NCBI GenBank assembly: GCA_965223665.1
Contig: OZ245011.1
Coordinates: 2,432,001 to 2,496,000, forward strand
DNA from: Nitrospinaceae bacterium
GTDB lineage: Bacteria > Nitrospinota > Nitrospinia > Nitrospinales > Nitrospinaceae
Direction: 5' to 3'
DNA length: 64,000 nt
The translations under genes were made by a program, and so were the position numbers. Under the pieces are notes generated by a model. The model was not told where the DNA came from and did no database searches. It was given only the letters and a program-made list of their open reading frames with translations. This document shows, piece by piece, positions 39,825-50,245 of this stretch (positions are counted from its first letter, which is position 1; the number at the start of each line of letters is the position of its first letter).

Positions 39825-40106
39825 TTAACCGGCGTATGCTTGGCCCAATCCAGCAGCTTGAGCTTCTTTTTCACCAAGCTGGATTTTACCTGTACTTGAA
39901 TCGACAGGATGCATTGAAATTGCATTATGAGTGCTACAAACTACTTTACATAAGTCACAGCCTTTACAACGTTCTGTCACCACAACCGCTTTCATTTTTT
40001 CTGAATCCAGCATAATGGTATCGGCTTCGGGGCAATACATAATGCAGAGCCTACATCCTTTTTCTGCAATACATTTATCATCATTAACAAATGCTACGTT
40101 ATACAC
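39825..40106 (-). CDS. forE: 2-oxoacid:ferredoxin oxidoreductase epsilon (ferredoxin-like) subunit
   Basis: C-x5-CxxCxxxCP and CKGCDLCxxxC; GTG start with GGAG RBS; last gene of the D-A-B-G-E operon. Confidence 0.8.
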   Translation of the reverse strand: MYNVAFVNDDKCIAEKGCRLCIMYCPEADTIMLDSEKMKAVVVTERCKGCDLCKVVCSTHNAISMHPVDSSTGKIQLGEKEAQAAGLGQAYAG

Positions 40107-40158
40107 TTAAATCACTCCTTATTGTTGATTTACTCAATTACAAATAATTCCAAAGCCA

Positions 40159-40866
40159 TTACGCCGTTTCATAATATGCAGGGGAATAGCTAGAAGTTTG
40201 CGACCATTCATCTGCAAGTTCATAAGACTTTTTAATTGTTTCATTATTTTTCTGTAGTAACTGCTCCTTCTTGGCATATTTCTTTTTAATGGCTTCATCC
40301 AAAGAAGCGGTTCCTCCAGACGCCACATATTTTTTACCAAATCGTTCTTGCAACGCAGCTTCCATTGCAGGTAAATCTACTACTTTAGTAATTCCGGCAC
40401 AAGCACCAAGCATTGCCATATTAGTAGACAATTCTGTTCCACCAATTTCCAAAGCTAAGGTCGTTGCATCAGCATTGTAAACAGCAACATTTAAATCCTC
40501 AAGTCGCTTTTGGTCTTCGTCTGACAATAAGTTAACGTTTGTATTAATGATGACCAACCCATTTTCCTTAATACCGGAATAGAAAGGAGCCGTATAACTT
40601 TTTTGCATTGTTATAACTTGCGGGTGAAAAACCATAATAACATCCGGATACACCAATTCACCACGATCATAAATCTTTTCAGGTCCAATACGGGCATAAC
40701 TTTCCGCAGGAGCCATTCGTTTTTCCGCACCAAAAAAAGGATTAGAAATGGAAAACTTACCCATTTTATTTGCCGCCATGGCTAACAAATGAGCCGCCGT
40801 CACAGCACCTTGCCCTCCCAATCCGGAAATCCGGATGTTCATTCTCTTCATTACAGGTTCTGACAT
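40159..40866 (-). CDS. forG: 2-oxoacid:ferredoxin oxidoreductase gamma subunit
   Basis: IRISGLGGQGAVTA, FFGAEKRMAP and NMAMLGA motifs. Confidence 0.85.
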   Translation of the reverse strand: MSEPVMKRMNIRISGLGGQGAVTAAHLLAMAANKMGKFSISNPFFGAEKRMAPAESYARIGPEKIYDRGELVYPDVIMVFHPQVITMQKSYTAPFYSGIKENGLVIINTNVNLLSDEDQKRLEDLNVAVYNADATTLALEIGGTELSTNMAMLGACAGITKVVDLPAMEAALQERFGKKYVASGGTASLDEAIKKKYAKKEQLLQKNNETIKKSYELADEWSQTSSYSPAYYETA

Positions 40867-40885
40867 TATTTTCTCCTCTCCTTAT

Positions 40886-41791
40886 CTAACCAGCGGTCAC
40901 AGCTGCTTGTTTTGCCGCTTTTTTTCGTTCCTTGGCCTCAGCATCCTTAGCCTTTAAGAACGCTTTCACTTCATCTGTCATGAATTCTTTCATAACAAAA
41001 CGACCACCAATAGATTCGGCATCTTTCATTTCATCCAATCCTTCCATGCTTTGTTTACCAATTTCCAATATACACGGAGTATACAATTGAACATATGTTG
41101 GCCCGAACTCACGAGCGACATAAACAGCATTTCGGATTGCTTTTTCTACTCGATTTGGCTTACTAACTGTCAAACAAGCCACATAATGACAACCTGATTC
41201 AAAAGCGATTTCAGGCAACCGAACTTTTTCAAACTTTTTACCTACAGGGGCCATTTTTGAAACAAAACCTTTTTGCATCAAACCACTTTCTTGCCCACCT
41301 GTATTCGCATAAAGCTCATTATCAAAACATATTGTGGTAAATTTTTCTTGTCGGAACCAAGACTGCATGGTCATATCAAGACCAATATCAACGGTTGCAC
41401 CATCACCCGCTAAAACAATAACGTCTTTATAAACATCAGGAAAGCGTACTTTCAAAGCCCGTTGCAAACCTGATGCAATCGCATTTTGGTTTCCAAATAG
41501 AGAGTGAATATTTTGAACAGCCACATGTGGAAATACTAAACTTGTACAACCTGTGGAACCCACAAATACACTATTTTCAGGCGACGGAATACTGGATAAA
41601 ATATACCTAAAAGCAATTGACTCCGGACAACCAGCACATAAAGAATGTTGCTCAATCAACTCTTTAGAGGAACCAATATCTTTCCAACTTCTATCTTCAT
41701 TACCGTAAGTAGCTGTAGAGACCATTTCCTGATACTCAGGAGGCATGATATCAGCCAAATCCTCACAGATTTTTATTTTTTCAACGCTCAT
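40886..41791 (-). CDS. forB: 2-oxoacid:ferredoxin oxidoreductase beta (TPP-binding) subunit
   Basis: LCAGC, TGC and GDG...DNELYANTGGQ motifs. Confidence 0.88.
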   Translation of the reverse strand: MSVEKIKICEDLADIMPPEYQEMVSTATYGNEDRSWKDIGSSKELIEQHSLCAGCPESIAFRYILSSIPSPENSVFVGSTGCTSLVFPHVAVQNIHSLFGNQNAIASGLQRALKVRFPDVYKDVIVLAGDGATVDIGLDMTMQSWFRQEKFTTICFDNELYANTGGQESGLMQKGFVSKMAPVGKKFEKVRLPEIAFESGCHYVACLTVSKPNRVEKAIRNAVYVAREFGPTYVQLYTPCILEIGKQSMEGLDEMKDAESIGGRFVMKEFMTDEVKAFLKAKDAEAKERKKAAKQAAVTAG

Positions 41792-41857
41792 AAAAGCATC
41801 CTCTCAATATTCAAAATTAGATTAATATAAAATTTATTTTAAATCCTGGAACAATTC

Positions 41858-43111
41858 CTAACTTCCACGACCCGCTAGAGTAGTGGTTTTAATTCCAAGA
41901 CCCTTTTTAACTTCCTCAACTATAACCTCTGAAGGCAGGGTCATCCCGCCACAAACATGAGGTCCTGCAATTACCCGTTCATTATTAGGTATCACAGATT
42001 TGATTTCCCGGGCCAACCAACCTTTAACATTAAACTCAGGTACAAAAATAACTTTAGCATTTTTGGTGGCTTCCCGAACTTCTTCGGTTGGGAAAGGACG
42101 AATAGTTTTAATTTTTACCAATCCAACCTTGATATCATGCTCTTCTTCTAAAAGACGAATCGCTTCACGTGATTGAGAAACTGCCGTTCCAGAAGCAACC
42201 ATTAAAATTTCACGATCCAAGTCATGGGTTTCAATTAATGAACCACCCATAAGTGGAATGGTGTGTTTTCTAGATCGATCTACCGCTGCATGAATTTCCT
42301 GTTGCCAGGAAGCATGGGTTGCATAACTAATATAATTGGATTTCATTACAAATGGATCTCTCATCATCCTAACAGGAGGACATTCCATATCCATACAAGG
42401 AACCGGTGAACGGTATGGGTCATAAGCAGGAAGACACATTTCATCACTTTGAAGCATAACCGTATCTTTTGTATGCGTTACAAAAAAGCCATCGCAACAT
42501 AACGCTAAGGGCAAATGAACATCAGGCTGTTCTGCCACCATGAATCCGGCCAAAATCCAATCGAAAAGATCTTGCGCTGTTTCTGCATGCCAAACCAACA
42601 TTCCGGTTTCTAAAAGATAGTACATTTCAAGAGTATCCGGCTGAATACTAAGAGGAGAATTAATTCCTCGACAAGTTACGCAAACTTGAATTGGGAGTCG
42701 AGATCCTGCCCACATTGGAAAGTTTTCCATAGCACGTAAGGTACCTGGACCTGCAGTGGTTGTGAACACTCTTGCTCCACCAAAAGCAGCTCCTGCGCAT
42801 TGACCCATAACTGCGAATTCACTTTCTCCACGAAAATAATCTCCTAAATACCCTTCCGCATATAATTCCCCAATCAAGGCAGCCGCTTCACTTTGTGGCG
42901 TAATAGGATAAGCAACCGAAATGTCTAAATTTGCTCTTTTGATTGCATCACGAATTACTTCTGAGCCAGTCAGAAATGCCGGCTTTCTTTCGGCTTCAAA
43001 AATCATGTAATCGGGATCCGTAATGGTTTGTCCTTTACGGTTCTTCTCACCTAATTTTACATTCTCCGACAAAAGTATTTTTCTATCCGGAGAATCCACC
43101 TTTTTATTCAT
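41858..43111 (-). CDS. forA: 2-oxoacid:ferredoxin oxidoreductase alpha subunit
   Basis: YPITPQSE, ESEF, TTTAGPG and RPFP motifs. Confidence 0.88.
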   Translation of the reverse strand: MNKKVDSPDRKILLSENVKLGEKNRKGQTITDPDYMIFEAERKPAFLTGSEVIRDAIKRANLDISVAYPITPQSEAAALIGELYAEGYLGDYFRGESEFAVMGQCAGAAFGGARVFTTTAGPGTLRAMENFPMWAGSRLPIQVCVTCRGINSPLSIQPDTLEMYYLLETGMLVWHAETAQDLFDWILAGFMVAEQPDVHLPLALCCDGFFVTHTKDTVMLQSDEMCLPAYDPYRSPVPCMDMECPPVRMMRDPFVMKSNYISYATHASWQQEIHAAVDRSRKHTIPLMGGSLIETHDLDREILMVASGTAVSQSREAIRLLEEEHDIKVGLVKIKTIRPFPTEEVREATKNAKVIFVPEFNVKGWLAREIKSVIPNNERVIAGPHVCGGMTLPSEVIVEEVKKGLGIKTTTLAGRGS

Positions 43112-43220
43112 AAAAGTAACTCCTCTATATTGAGCGCTTCAAAAACAACAAGCGGCTAATTATGAAAACCTTATAAGTATTTTGTATAAATTAAACTCGA
43201 TTTATTCGAGTATCCTAAGT

Positions 43221-43853
43221 TTATTGGAGTCTACCTTTCCTATCCAATTTTAACTGCGTAAATGGTTCTGCCTGACTTTCCACACCTTCTTTTTTCAATT
43301 TTTCAACTGCTTCCTGAAGCTTCGCAATTTTATCCAGAGATATGTCCCTAAAAGATAAACAAGCATCTTCATGACCCGCTTGGGCACACATAGCCATAGT
43401 ATAGCAGTCCGTACCACCACGGATAATTTTTAATGCCAAATTAGCTTGGTGACAATGCACCCCAATAAAAATACATACATCTATTTTATTATGCCAAATT
43501 GTGAGATTGGGGTGGTTGGGATTAATCTCAACTTCCGGGTCAATTTTTGGATATTTAGGTCGATAATCCGCCATTGCAATCAACCGGGCGGGTAAGGCTA
43601 ACGCCAATTGTCTTATAGCCTTGGCTTTTTTTACTGCCTTTTCATTCCAAGCCCATAACACTAAAGGACCGGGGAAAATCGTTGGAACTTTGGCTCCTAA
43701 TAACTTCCTGGCAGCATGTATATATGCTTCCTCCTCATCAACAATCCTTCCCTCAATATGGGCCTGTCCTGGGCTAGGTAAAACAATTCCTTGGCTAGCT
43801 GCCGCAGGAGGCAAAAATGCCTCTGGCCCAGGGAGTACTTGATACTGTTCCAT
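43221..43853 (-). CDS. forD: 2-oxoacid:ferredoxin oxidoreductase delta subunit (five-subunit type)
   Basis: PGPE, PTIFPGPLVLWAW and NPNHPNLTIWHNKID, typical of Aquificae/Nitrospira-type delta subunits; first gene of the operon. Confidence 0.8.
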   Translation of the reverse strand: MEQYQVLPGPEAFLPPAAASQGIVLPSPGQAHIEGRIVDEEEAYIHAARKLLGAKVPTIFPGPLVLWAWNEKAVKKAKAIRQLALALPARLIAMADYRPKYPKIDPEVEINPNHPNLTIWHNKIDVCIFIGVHCHQANLALKIIRGGTDCYTMAMCAQAGHEDACLSFRDISLDKIAKLQEAVEKLKKEGVESQAEPFTQLKLDRKGRLQ

Positions 43854-43907
43854 TCCTCTAATCCTTTTTATTTTTATGGTTTAACTGCTTACAATTGGTT
43901 TGCGCTA

Positions 43908-43937
43908 ACTATAAACCACTGTGCATCAGGTTGTCAA
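43908..43937 (-). promoter_or_regulatory. Sigma70-type promoter of the for operon
   Basis: Minus strand TTGACA (43937-43932), 18-bp spacer, TATAGT (43913-43908). Confidence 0.6.
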
Positions 43938-44424
43938 ACCTTTTCCCAACCTGGTAATTTTCCAATTTTATTCTTTTTTTCCTAGTATCCAACTTAAAAA
44001 TTCATAATCCTAGTTATTTAAATCGGGTTCTATTTGCTTCTATATTATAAGACAATTCATAGAAATAAATTGGCGCATAAAAAGATCAGTAAACCCTTTT
44101 TAATTAATGGGTTATATGATTTCTAGTATATTTTTTTCCTTTTTTGGGGAACTTATCCACTTTAAGTTGGTGTCTGGGAAAACCCAATTTTAACATTTTC
44201 TTTAACTTCTGGAGAATGGAGCAAATCCTATCCTTTTATTCTGGATTGATTTAGAAAAAACAATTCAAATATTCCAGGCTCTAATTGATTTATAGAAACC
44301 CTTGACAATAATCCAATACAATCTTTTTTAAGGAGTATTAACAGGAACTTACAGTTATGGTATATTGATAAAAATTAGCTCATATTTTTCAATAAATTAT
44401 AAATACTGAGTCTTGATTGATTAC

Positions 44425-44865
44425 ATGAAAAAAGTCAAAATATTTACCGATGGTGCTTGTAGAGGCAATCCTGGACCAGGGGGTTATGGCTGTATCATCA
44501 TCTCCAATGACACGGTCGAAGAACTAAAAGGTGGTTTAAAAAATACAACCAACAATATTATGGAAATGACCGCAGCAATTGTGGCTCTAAAACAACTCAA
44601 AGAACCCAGTGAGGTAGAACTGACCACCGATTCACAATATTTAGTTAAGGGTATGACTGAATGGATGAAGGGTTGGATAAAAAAAAATTGGGTGAATTCG
44701 CAAAAACAACCTGTAAAAAATAAAAGCTTGTGGTTAGAGTTGTTGGATTTAAGCAAAAAGAATAAAATCACTTGGAAGTGGGTACGCGGCCATTCAGGTC
44801 ACCCTGAAAATGAAAGGGCTGATGCTTTAGCAAATGAGGCTATCGATGATTTATATAAAGGATAG
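44425..44865 (+). CDS. rnhA: Ribonuclease HI
   Basis: [26 protein letters not shown] and [15 protein letters not shown] motifs. Confidence 0.97.
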   Translation: MKKVKIFTDGACRGNPGPGGYGCIIISNDTVEELKGGLKNTTNNIMEMTAAIVALKQLKEPSEVELTTDSQYLVKGMTEWMKGWIKKNWVNSQKQPVKNKSLWLELLDLSKKNKITWKWVRGHSGHPENERADALANEAIDDLYKG

Positions 44866-44936
44866 GAAAATTGGTTTTTCTTCCTAAACTTCTCACCTAT
44901 TTACTAACTCAAAGTAAAAATTGAATCAAACATCCT

Positions 44937-46373
44937 ATGACTATTTATAGCAAATCCTTAATTACCTGTTTTATACTTTTTTGTTTTTTCACCTCACTAA
45001 ATTCATGTAGTTCAAAAAACCGGAACTCCTTTCATACTATGACTACAAATCAAAATGAAGAGGATTCTATTACTTATAAAGCCCAAAAAAATTCCGATAG
45101 TGCTCAACTTACTGAAAAAGACTTTTTTTCAGAGGTTGTAAAAAATTCTGAAACACATTTAAGTACCAGCCTCCCTACCCCACCAACCGATCAAAAAAAA
45201 CAAACCAAAGAATTGATCACTAAAAATCCAATTTTGAATCCATTGCATAAAACCGAATTGAAAACACCTCCTTCTAAGCCATTTCAAGCCAAACCACAAG
45301 AAACAGAAATATTGGTAGATGACATGAGTTTAAAGTCCCTAATCACTGCAATTGATAATCAGTTAGCTGTTTTAGCCTATTCTGATTTAAGCAAGGAGGT
45401 TCACTTAGGTCATCTAATTGTTACCCAAGAGGAGTTAAAGGAAACTCTAATTGAATTTCGTCACCTAATACAGGAAAACCTACCTGAAAATGAGTTGCAT
45501 CAAAAAATAAAAGACCAGTTTTATATCCTTCCTGTGGGAAAAGGCCAGAATAACAAACAGGTTTTATTTACTGGATATTACACACCCATTATTCCTGCGA
45601 GTCGGAACCGTACTGATAAATATACGTTTCCAATTTATCGTAAACCTCAAAACTACCCAGTAACACGACTAGTTTATAACGCCCCAAATTCCACCAATCG
45701 CGATAATGCTTATCACCTGGTTTCTACTGAGGAAAAAGTCTTTTACACTCGGCGGCAAATTGACGGAGATGCGGTTTTACAAAACCAGAATCTTGAATTG
45801 GCCTGGCTGAAGGATGATTTGGATCGATACTTTTTGCACATTCAAGGGTCCGGCTATCTCGCCTACCCTGACGGATCCACACAGGGAGTTCAATACAGTG
45901 GATCTAATGAATTTCCGTACCATAGTATTGCTAAAGAAATGATAAATGATGGAGTAATTACTATCGGCCAAGGGTCCATGCAAGGGGTGAAACGATATTT
46001 CCATCAACATCCTGAAGATATCCAAAAGTATTTATTTCAAAATGACCGATACATTTTTTTCCATTCCATCGACGGCATGCCTCGGGGATCCGGTGAAGGC
46101 AAGTTGGTTGGCGGACGTTCTATTGCCACGGACAAACGTATTTATCCTGCAGGAGGATTAGCCTATATTCAAACGCGAAAACCAATTTTAAATCCTGAGG
46201 GAAAGATTGTCGGTTGGAAGGAATTTTCTCGATTCGTCGTGGATCAGGATACCGGCAGCGCAATTAAAGGTTCCGGAAGAGTGGATTTATATTTTGGTGT
46301 GGGTGATAGAGCTGGAGCTGCAGCCGGCCATTACTACCAATCCGGAAAATTGTTTTATCTCTTGAAAAAGTAA
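44937..46373 (+). CDS. mltA: Membrane-bound lytic murein transglycosylase A (lipoprotein)
   Basis: Lipobox-like LNSC; FTGYYTP, FLHIQGSG and QDTGSAIKGSGRVDLYFG (3D domain). Confidence 0.9.
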   Translation: MTIYSKSLITCFILFCFFTSLNSCSSKNRNSFHTMTTNQNEEDSITYKAQKNSDSAQLTEKDFFSEVVKNSETHLSTSLPTPPTDQKKQTKELITKNPILNPLHKTELKTPPSKPFQAKPQETEILVDDMSLKSLITAIDNQLAVLAYSDLSKEVHLGHLIVTQEELKETLIEFRHLIQENLPENELHQKIKDQFYILPVGKGQNNKQVLFTGYYTPIIPASRNRTDKYTFPIYRKPQNYPVTRLVYNAPNSTNRDNAYHLVSTEEKVFYTRRQIDGDAVLQNQNLELAWLKDDLDRYFLHIQGSGYLAYPDGSTQGVQYSGSNEFPYHSIAKEMINDGVITIGQGSMQGVKRYFHQHPEDIQKYLFQNDRYIFFHSIDGMPRGSGEGKLVGGRSIATDKRIYPAGGLAYIQTRKPILNPEGKIVGWKEFSRFVVDQDTGSAIKGSGRVDLYFGVGDRAGAAAGHYYQSGKLFYLLKK

Positions 46374-46420
46374 TTTCATCTCACAAATAAAACTTTTCCA
46401 GTCCTGGATTTTTTCTATTA

Positions 46421-47158
46421 ATGTTAAAAAAACCCATTCCCTTAAAAAAAGATGTTGCCCTATGGGCTAAAAATTGGAGTCGCTTTAGCCATATCCTTAA
46501 AGGAAGTATCCGTTCCCGAATTTTTGGAATTAAAGGAAAAAGGGAACCCGGGGCAATGGCCTCTTACTTTCAATCCGTTTATTCTAAACCAGAAAATTTG
46601 AGAGTCATGGATGGCAACGAAACTGAATTTTTAGAACAAATTTTCTCAGTAGTGACTCCGACTGAATTATCTTCTTTGCCTCTTGTTGATATTGGTTGCG
46701 GTCGGGGTCAATTGTATGGCTATCTCCTCAAAAAAGGAGTGCCTCCTCCCTCTTATATAGGATTCGATGCAGGTCACCCCTCCCAAGCATTACCACCTAA
46801 TGGTCAAATCATTAACCGAGAAATTGGGATCCAGAGCATACTAAACGAACTGCCAAAAGAAACGTTTAAAGTATGCGCTATAAACAGTCTTTGCTATATG
46901 AAAGATTTAAAAATATTACAAAGCATTCTTGGAAATAAATTTTGCACCGAAATAATTATATTGGAGCCGACCCCAGGAATATTTTGGGATGTTTATTGGA
47001 AAGGAATCCGACCCAAATACCGAAGGCCTCACCGTCTGGAACAAGAATTTAATGCTTGGGGTTTCAATGCAATTTCACTCTGCCAATTTTATTACAAGAA
47101 AACTCCTTTAGGATGGATCTGGAATCTTTGCTACGCAATGAAATTTTCTGCTGTATAA
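46421..47158 (+). CDS. Putative class I SAM-dependent methyltransferase
   Basis: Motif I VDIGCGRG and YIGFD. Confidence 0.65.
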   Translation: MLKKPIPLKKDVALWAKNWSRFSHILKGSIRSRIFGIKGKREPGAMASYFQSVYSKPENLRVMDGNETEFLEQIFSVVTPTELSSLPLVDIGCGRGQLYGYLLKKGVPPPSYIGFDAGHPSQALPPNGQIINREIGIQSILNELPKETFKVCAINSLCYMKDLKILQSILGNKFCTEIIILEPTPGIFWDVYWKGIRPKYRRPHRLEQEFNAWGFNAISLCQFYYKKTPLGWIWNLCYAMKFSAV

Positions 47159-47207
47159 AAAATTTTAAGGTATTTTTAAAACAGCAATTATTTAAACTTG
47201 CTTTTTA

Positions 47208-47753
47208 TTAACGTCTACGGCGAAAACCTCTCTTAAAGCGGTGGGAGTGACGATAACGGTTGCCAAATCGAAAAGGACGATAAAAGGGCCGGCGCCAGCC
47301 ATAACGTGAACCAAAGTTAAAATACAAGCCCGACCCATATCCATACCAGGGAGAAAAACCTCCCCAATAATAATTGGGATAATAGTATCTTGGCCAATAA
47401 GAATACCCGATACCATAACTTGCGCTTGGATACACAGTAGAATTAAATGCAAAACTATTATTTTTACAACGTGCGAACCCATCTTCCCAGCCTTGCTTGT
47501 AATAGGCATCAACCTGAACTCGCTGGGTGTCTTTTTTGAAGGTGTAAGCCTGGTTTCCAGCAGTGACATTGCCACTATCACAACCGTCTTGGAATCCCAC
47601 ACGGTATTCAACTGGCTGGTTTGCTCCCACCATATTATTGACCTGACTTAACGATGTGGAGGCATTAGAAGCGGGAGTGTAATATGGTCCCGGAGTATAG
47701 TAAGAAGCACACCCCGAAAGGAAAATTCCGGAAATTAATAGAACCCATCGCAT
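47208..47753 (-). CDS. Lipoprotein with Tyr/Gly/Arg-rich low-complexity tail
   Basis: GGAGGG RBS; MRWVLLISGIFLSGC lipobox; YxxGxxDG twice. Confidence 0.75.
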   Translation of the reverse strand: MRWVLLISGIFLSGCASYYTPGPYYTPASNASTSLSQVNNMVGANQPVEYRVGFQDGCDSGNVTAGNQAYTFKKDTQRVQVDAYYKQGWEDGFARCKNNSFAFNSTVYPSASYGIGYSYWPRYYYPNYYWGGFSPWYGYGSGLYFNFGSRYGWRRPFYRPFRFGNRYRHSHRFKRGFRRRR

Positions 47754-48186
47754 GGCATGGCCCTCCAACTTTTATAAGACAAAAACAACTCCTTAATTTA
47801 ATCTTTAGCTTACTCCCGATATATAACCTTTGAAAAGAAAAAAAAGAATTTATTAAGAAATTTTAATATAAAATCCAACTCTCCCTCATAACACATAATA
47901 AATCAATACCTTAATATCAGGCTCTCATTTACCTACCAAGAACAAATAAATTCAATTGTTTTCCTAATCCCATCTTATCACTTGTAATTTTTTTCGGTGG
48001 ACATTAACTCACAAAAATTCATCAAATAAATATTTAGTCAAAATTTTATTGATCTATAGTTAGAACAAAAATGTTTTTAATTGAAATAATAGAAATTAGC
48101 ACTAAATAGAATCAATCTTATTGACAAATAGTTTCCCCTACATAATAATCTTCAAATTCTATTCATACCCCAAAAAGGAGGGAACC

Positions 48187-48699
48187 ATGAAGGGGAAGCA
48201 AACAGTCATATCCTTAGTTATTACTTTTGTATTTGTTGCAATGCAAGGATGCGCGACTATTGTTGGAGATCGGGATCAGCTAATTGGTCTAAAGTCGAAT
48301 CCAGATGGAGCACAAATTACAATCACAGATGAAAATGGTATTGAAGTTTTTAAAGGAACCACACCCACTTCAGTGACACTTAAAAAGAAAGACGGATATT
48401 TTGATGGAAACGACTTTATTGTGAAAATTCAGAAAGCTGGATATCAAGATCAAGAAGTTGAATTAAAAACCAATGCAAGTGGTTGGTATATTTTTGGAAA
48501 TCTTATTTTTGGAGGGTTATTGGGTTATCTAGTAATTGACCCTTTATCAGGAGCCATGTGGACAATAGATCCTGAAAATATAGATGCCCAATTGATGACA
48601 GTAGAGAAAGCAGAAGACGGTTCCGAAAAAATCCTAAATGTAACTTTACTGGAAAACGTTCCTCAGTCCGTAAGACCCAATTTGGTTAAAATAAATTAG
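48187..48699 (+). CDS. Lipoprotein with PEGA-like domain
   Basis: AGGAGGG RBS; lipobox MQGC-ATI; SNPDGAQI...GTTP; GNLIFGGLLGYLVIDPLSGAMW. Confidence 0.8.
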   Translation: MKGKQTVISLVITFVFVAMQGCATIVGDRDQLIGLKSNPDGAQITITDENGIEVFKGTTPTSVTLKKKDGYFDGNDFIVKIQKAGYQDQEVELKTNASGWYIFGNLIFGGLLGYLVIDPLSGAMWTIDPENIDAQLMTVEKAEDGSEKILNVTLLENVPQSVRPNLVKIN

Positions 48700-48721
48700 T
48701 TTTACAAACATAAAATCTTGG

Positions 48722-48753
48722 CAAAGATTAAAGGGCAAACCCTTTTATCTTTG
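48722..48753. terminator. Hairpin between convergent genes
   Basis: CAAAGAT.AAAGGG-CAAA-CCCTTT.ATCTTTG stem-loop. Confidence 0.55.
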
Positions 48754-48789
48754 ACTTGATTTTTATTTATTCAGGAATGGTAATTTAAT

Positions 48790-49335
48790 CTATTCACTCT
48801 CTGAAAAGAGAAACACGAGGCGACGGTCAACAAAATCGAATCGTTCTGTTCGGACCCATTGCTGTTCTTTATCGGGGTCACCAGAGACCGCAGAAAAATC
48901 CAGATTTTTCGGATCCCTTTTGATCATACTTGCGTAGGTAATAGTTTCGGGCTTTTCTTCTATATCTAAATTATCCACTGCATTCATAAATTGAGTTCCC
49001 GTTGTCACTATATCATCTACGATCAGCCAATGAGTTTCCGGAGGGAAAGAAGGGATTTCCATTTGTTCTAAAGCAATTCGACTATGCGGCATTACATAAA
49101 ATGGGAGATCCATCATTTGAGCTAATCGATAACCAATTCGGATCCCTTCGGTTTCAATTCCTACCACAACATTAAAGGATCCGTGTTCCTTCTGCCAGGA
49201 TTCCAACTTGCGATGCAGTAATACGCAATAAGCTTCATTCATCGTGTCGGACAGCAAGGAATAGTCGTAATTGTAATTTGACTTTATTCCAGGCCCAAAA
49301 ACAAAACTACCTTCTTTTTTTATTCTTGAAAACAC
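48790..49335 (-). CDS. Divergent type I phosphoribosyltransferase-like protein
   Basis: PRPP-binding motif LIVDDIVTTG and VVGIETEG; GTG start. Confidence 0.7.
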   Translation of the reverse strand: MFSRIKKEGSFVFGPGIKSNYNYDYSLLSDTMNEAYCVLLHRKLESWQKEHGSFNVVVGIETEGIRIGYRLAQMMDLPFYVMPHSRIALEQMEIPSFPPETHWLIVDDIVTTGTQFMNAVDNLDIEEKPETITYASMIKRDPKNLDFSAVSGDPDKEQQWVRTERFDFVDRRLVFLFSESE

Positions 49336-49466
49336 AAAAAGCCTCTTAGAAAAAGGTTAAGAATCATTTTTCAAAAAAAACTTCTAAGGATAATAATTAA
49401 CGCTACTTTATATGATCCTTTGAGGAAACAAAATATTCAAAAATAATAACCGTAGAACCCTCGCTT

Positions 49467-50138
49467 CTAGCTTCGCTCCGCAAAACCATATTTACCAATT
49501 AAGGGAACAAAATTACAAGCACACAATATTTTTTTTTGTAGCCGTGAACCCTGTCTGGTAAATAATATTAACTCCTGGTTTTCTTCATCGCCAATAGGAG
49601 CCACAATACGTCCACGGTCTTTCACTTGTTCGATTAAAGTCTTGGGTATATCAGGGGCCGCAGCAGTTATCAATATCGCATCATAAGGACCCTGATCTCT
49701 CCAGCCATAAGTCCCGTCGAAAATTTTATAGTTTATATTAGCATAGCCCATTTGATCTAAAGTTGTTTTAGCCATTTTTCCTAAGGATTTAACTCGTTCA
49801 ACTGTAAAAATCTGGTCCGCGAGTTCAGCTAAAATAGCAGTTTGATATCCTGATCCCGTTCCAATTTCGAGCACACGTTCTTTACCCGATAAATTTAGCG
49901 CCTCAGTCATAGCCGCTACTATATAGGGCTGCGAGATAGTTTGGTTTTCCCCAATTGGAAGAGGATGATCTCCATATGCTTTATGTTGAAATGATGAAGA
50001 AACAAACAAATGCCGTGGAACTCGACTCATTACTTCAATTACGTTATAGTTTTTTATTCCACGGTCAAGGATTTGTTCCTCGACCATTTTTTGGCGCTGA
50101 CCTGCGAATTGGTTGGCTGAATTGGCTGGAAGTCTCAT
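49467..50138 (-). CDS. pcm: Protein-L-isoaspartate O-methyltransferase
   Basis: VPRHLFV, QTISQPYIVA, VLEIGTGSGYQ and FVPL motifs. Confidence 0.96.
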   Translation of the reverse strand: MRLPANSANQFAGQRQKMVEEQILDRGIKNYNVIEVMSRVPRHLFVSSSFQHKAYGDHPLPIGENQTISQPYIVAAMTEALNLSGKERVLEIGTGSGYQTAILAELADQIFTVERVKSLGKMAKTTLDQMGYANINYKIFDGTYGWRDQGPYDAILITAAAPDIPKTLIEQVKDRGRIVAPIGDEENQELILFTRQGSRLQKKILCACNFVPLIGKYGFAERS

Positions 50139-50245
50139 TAATGAAAAATATTACGATAAAAATGACAAGCCCTTATTGGCTTTATTTGGAAACATTAAAA
50201 TTTTATTTGGGACAATTTAATAGGAAAGTTACAAACCTAATTCTA

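Noticed and set aside
44153-44161. DnaA-box-like TTATCCACT in the for/rnhA intergenic region
   Set aside because: Single mismatched box with no cluster; not enough for oriC
47192-47611. 139-aa alternative-frame ORF overlapping the lipoprotein gene
   Set aside because: The other frame has the RBS, lipobox and coherent motifs; this one has no recognisable features
48722-48753. GGCAAACC as a c-di-GMP-I riboswitch
   Set aside because: The second hairpin is missing and it lies between convergent 3' ends; better explained as a terminator
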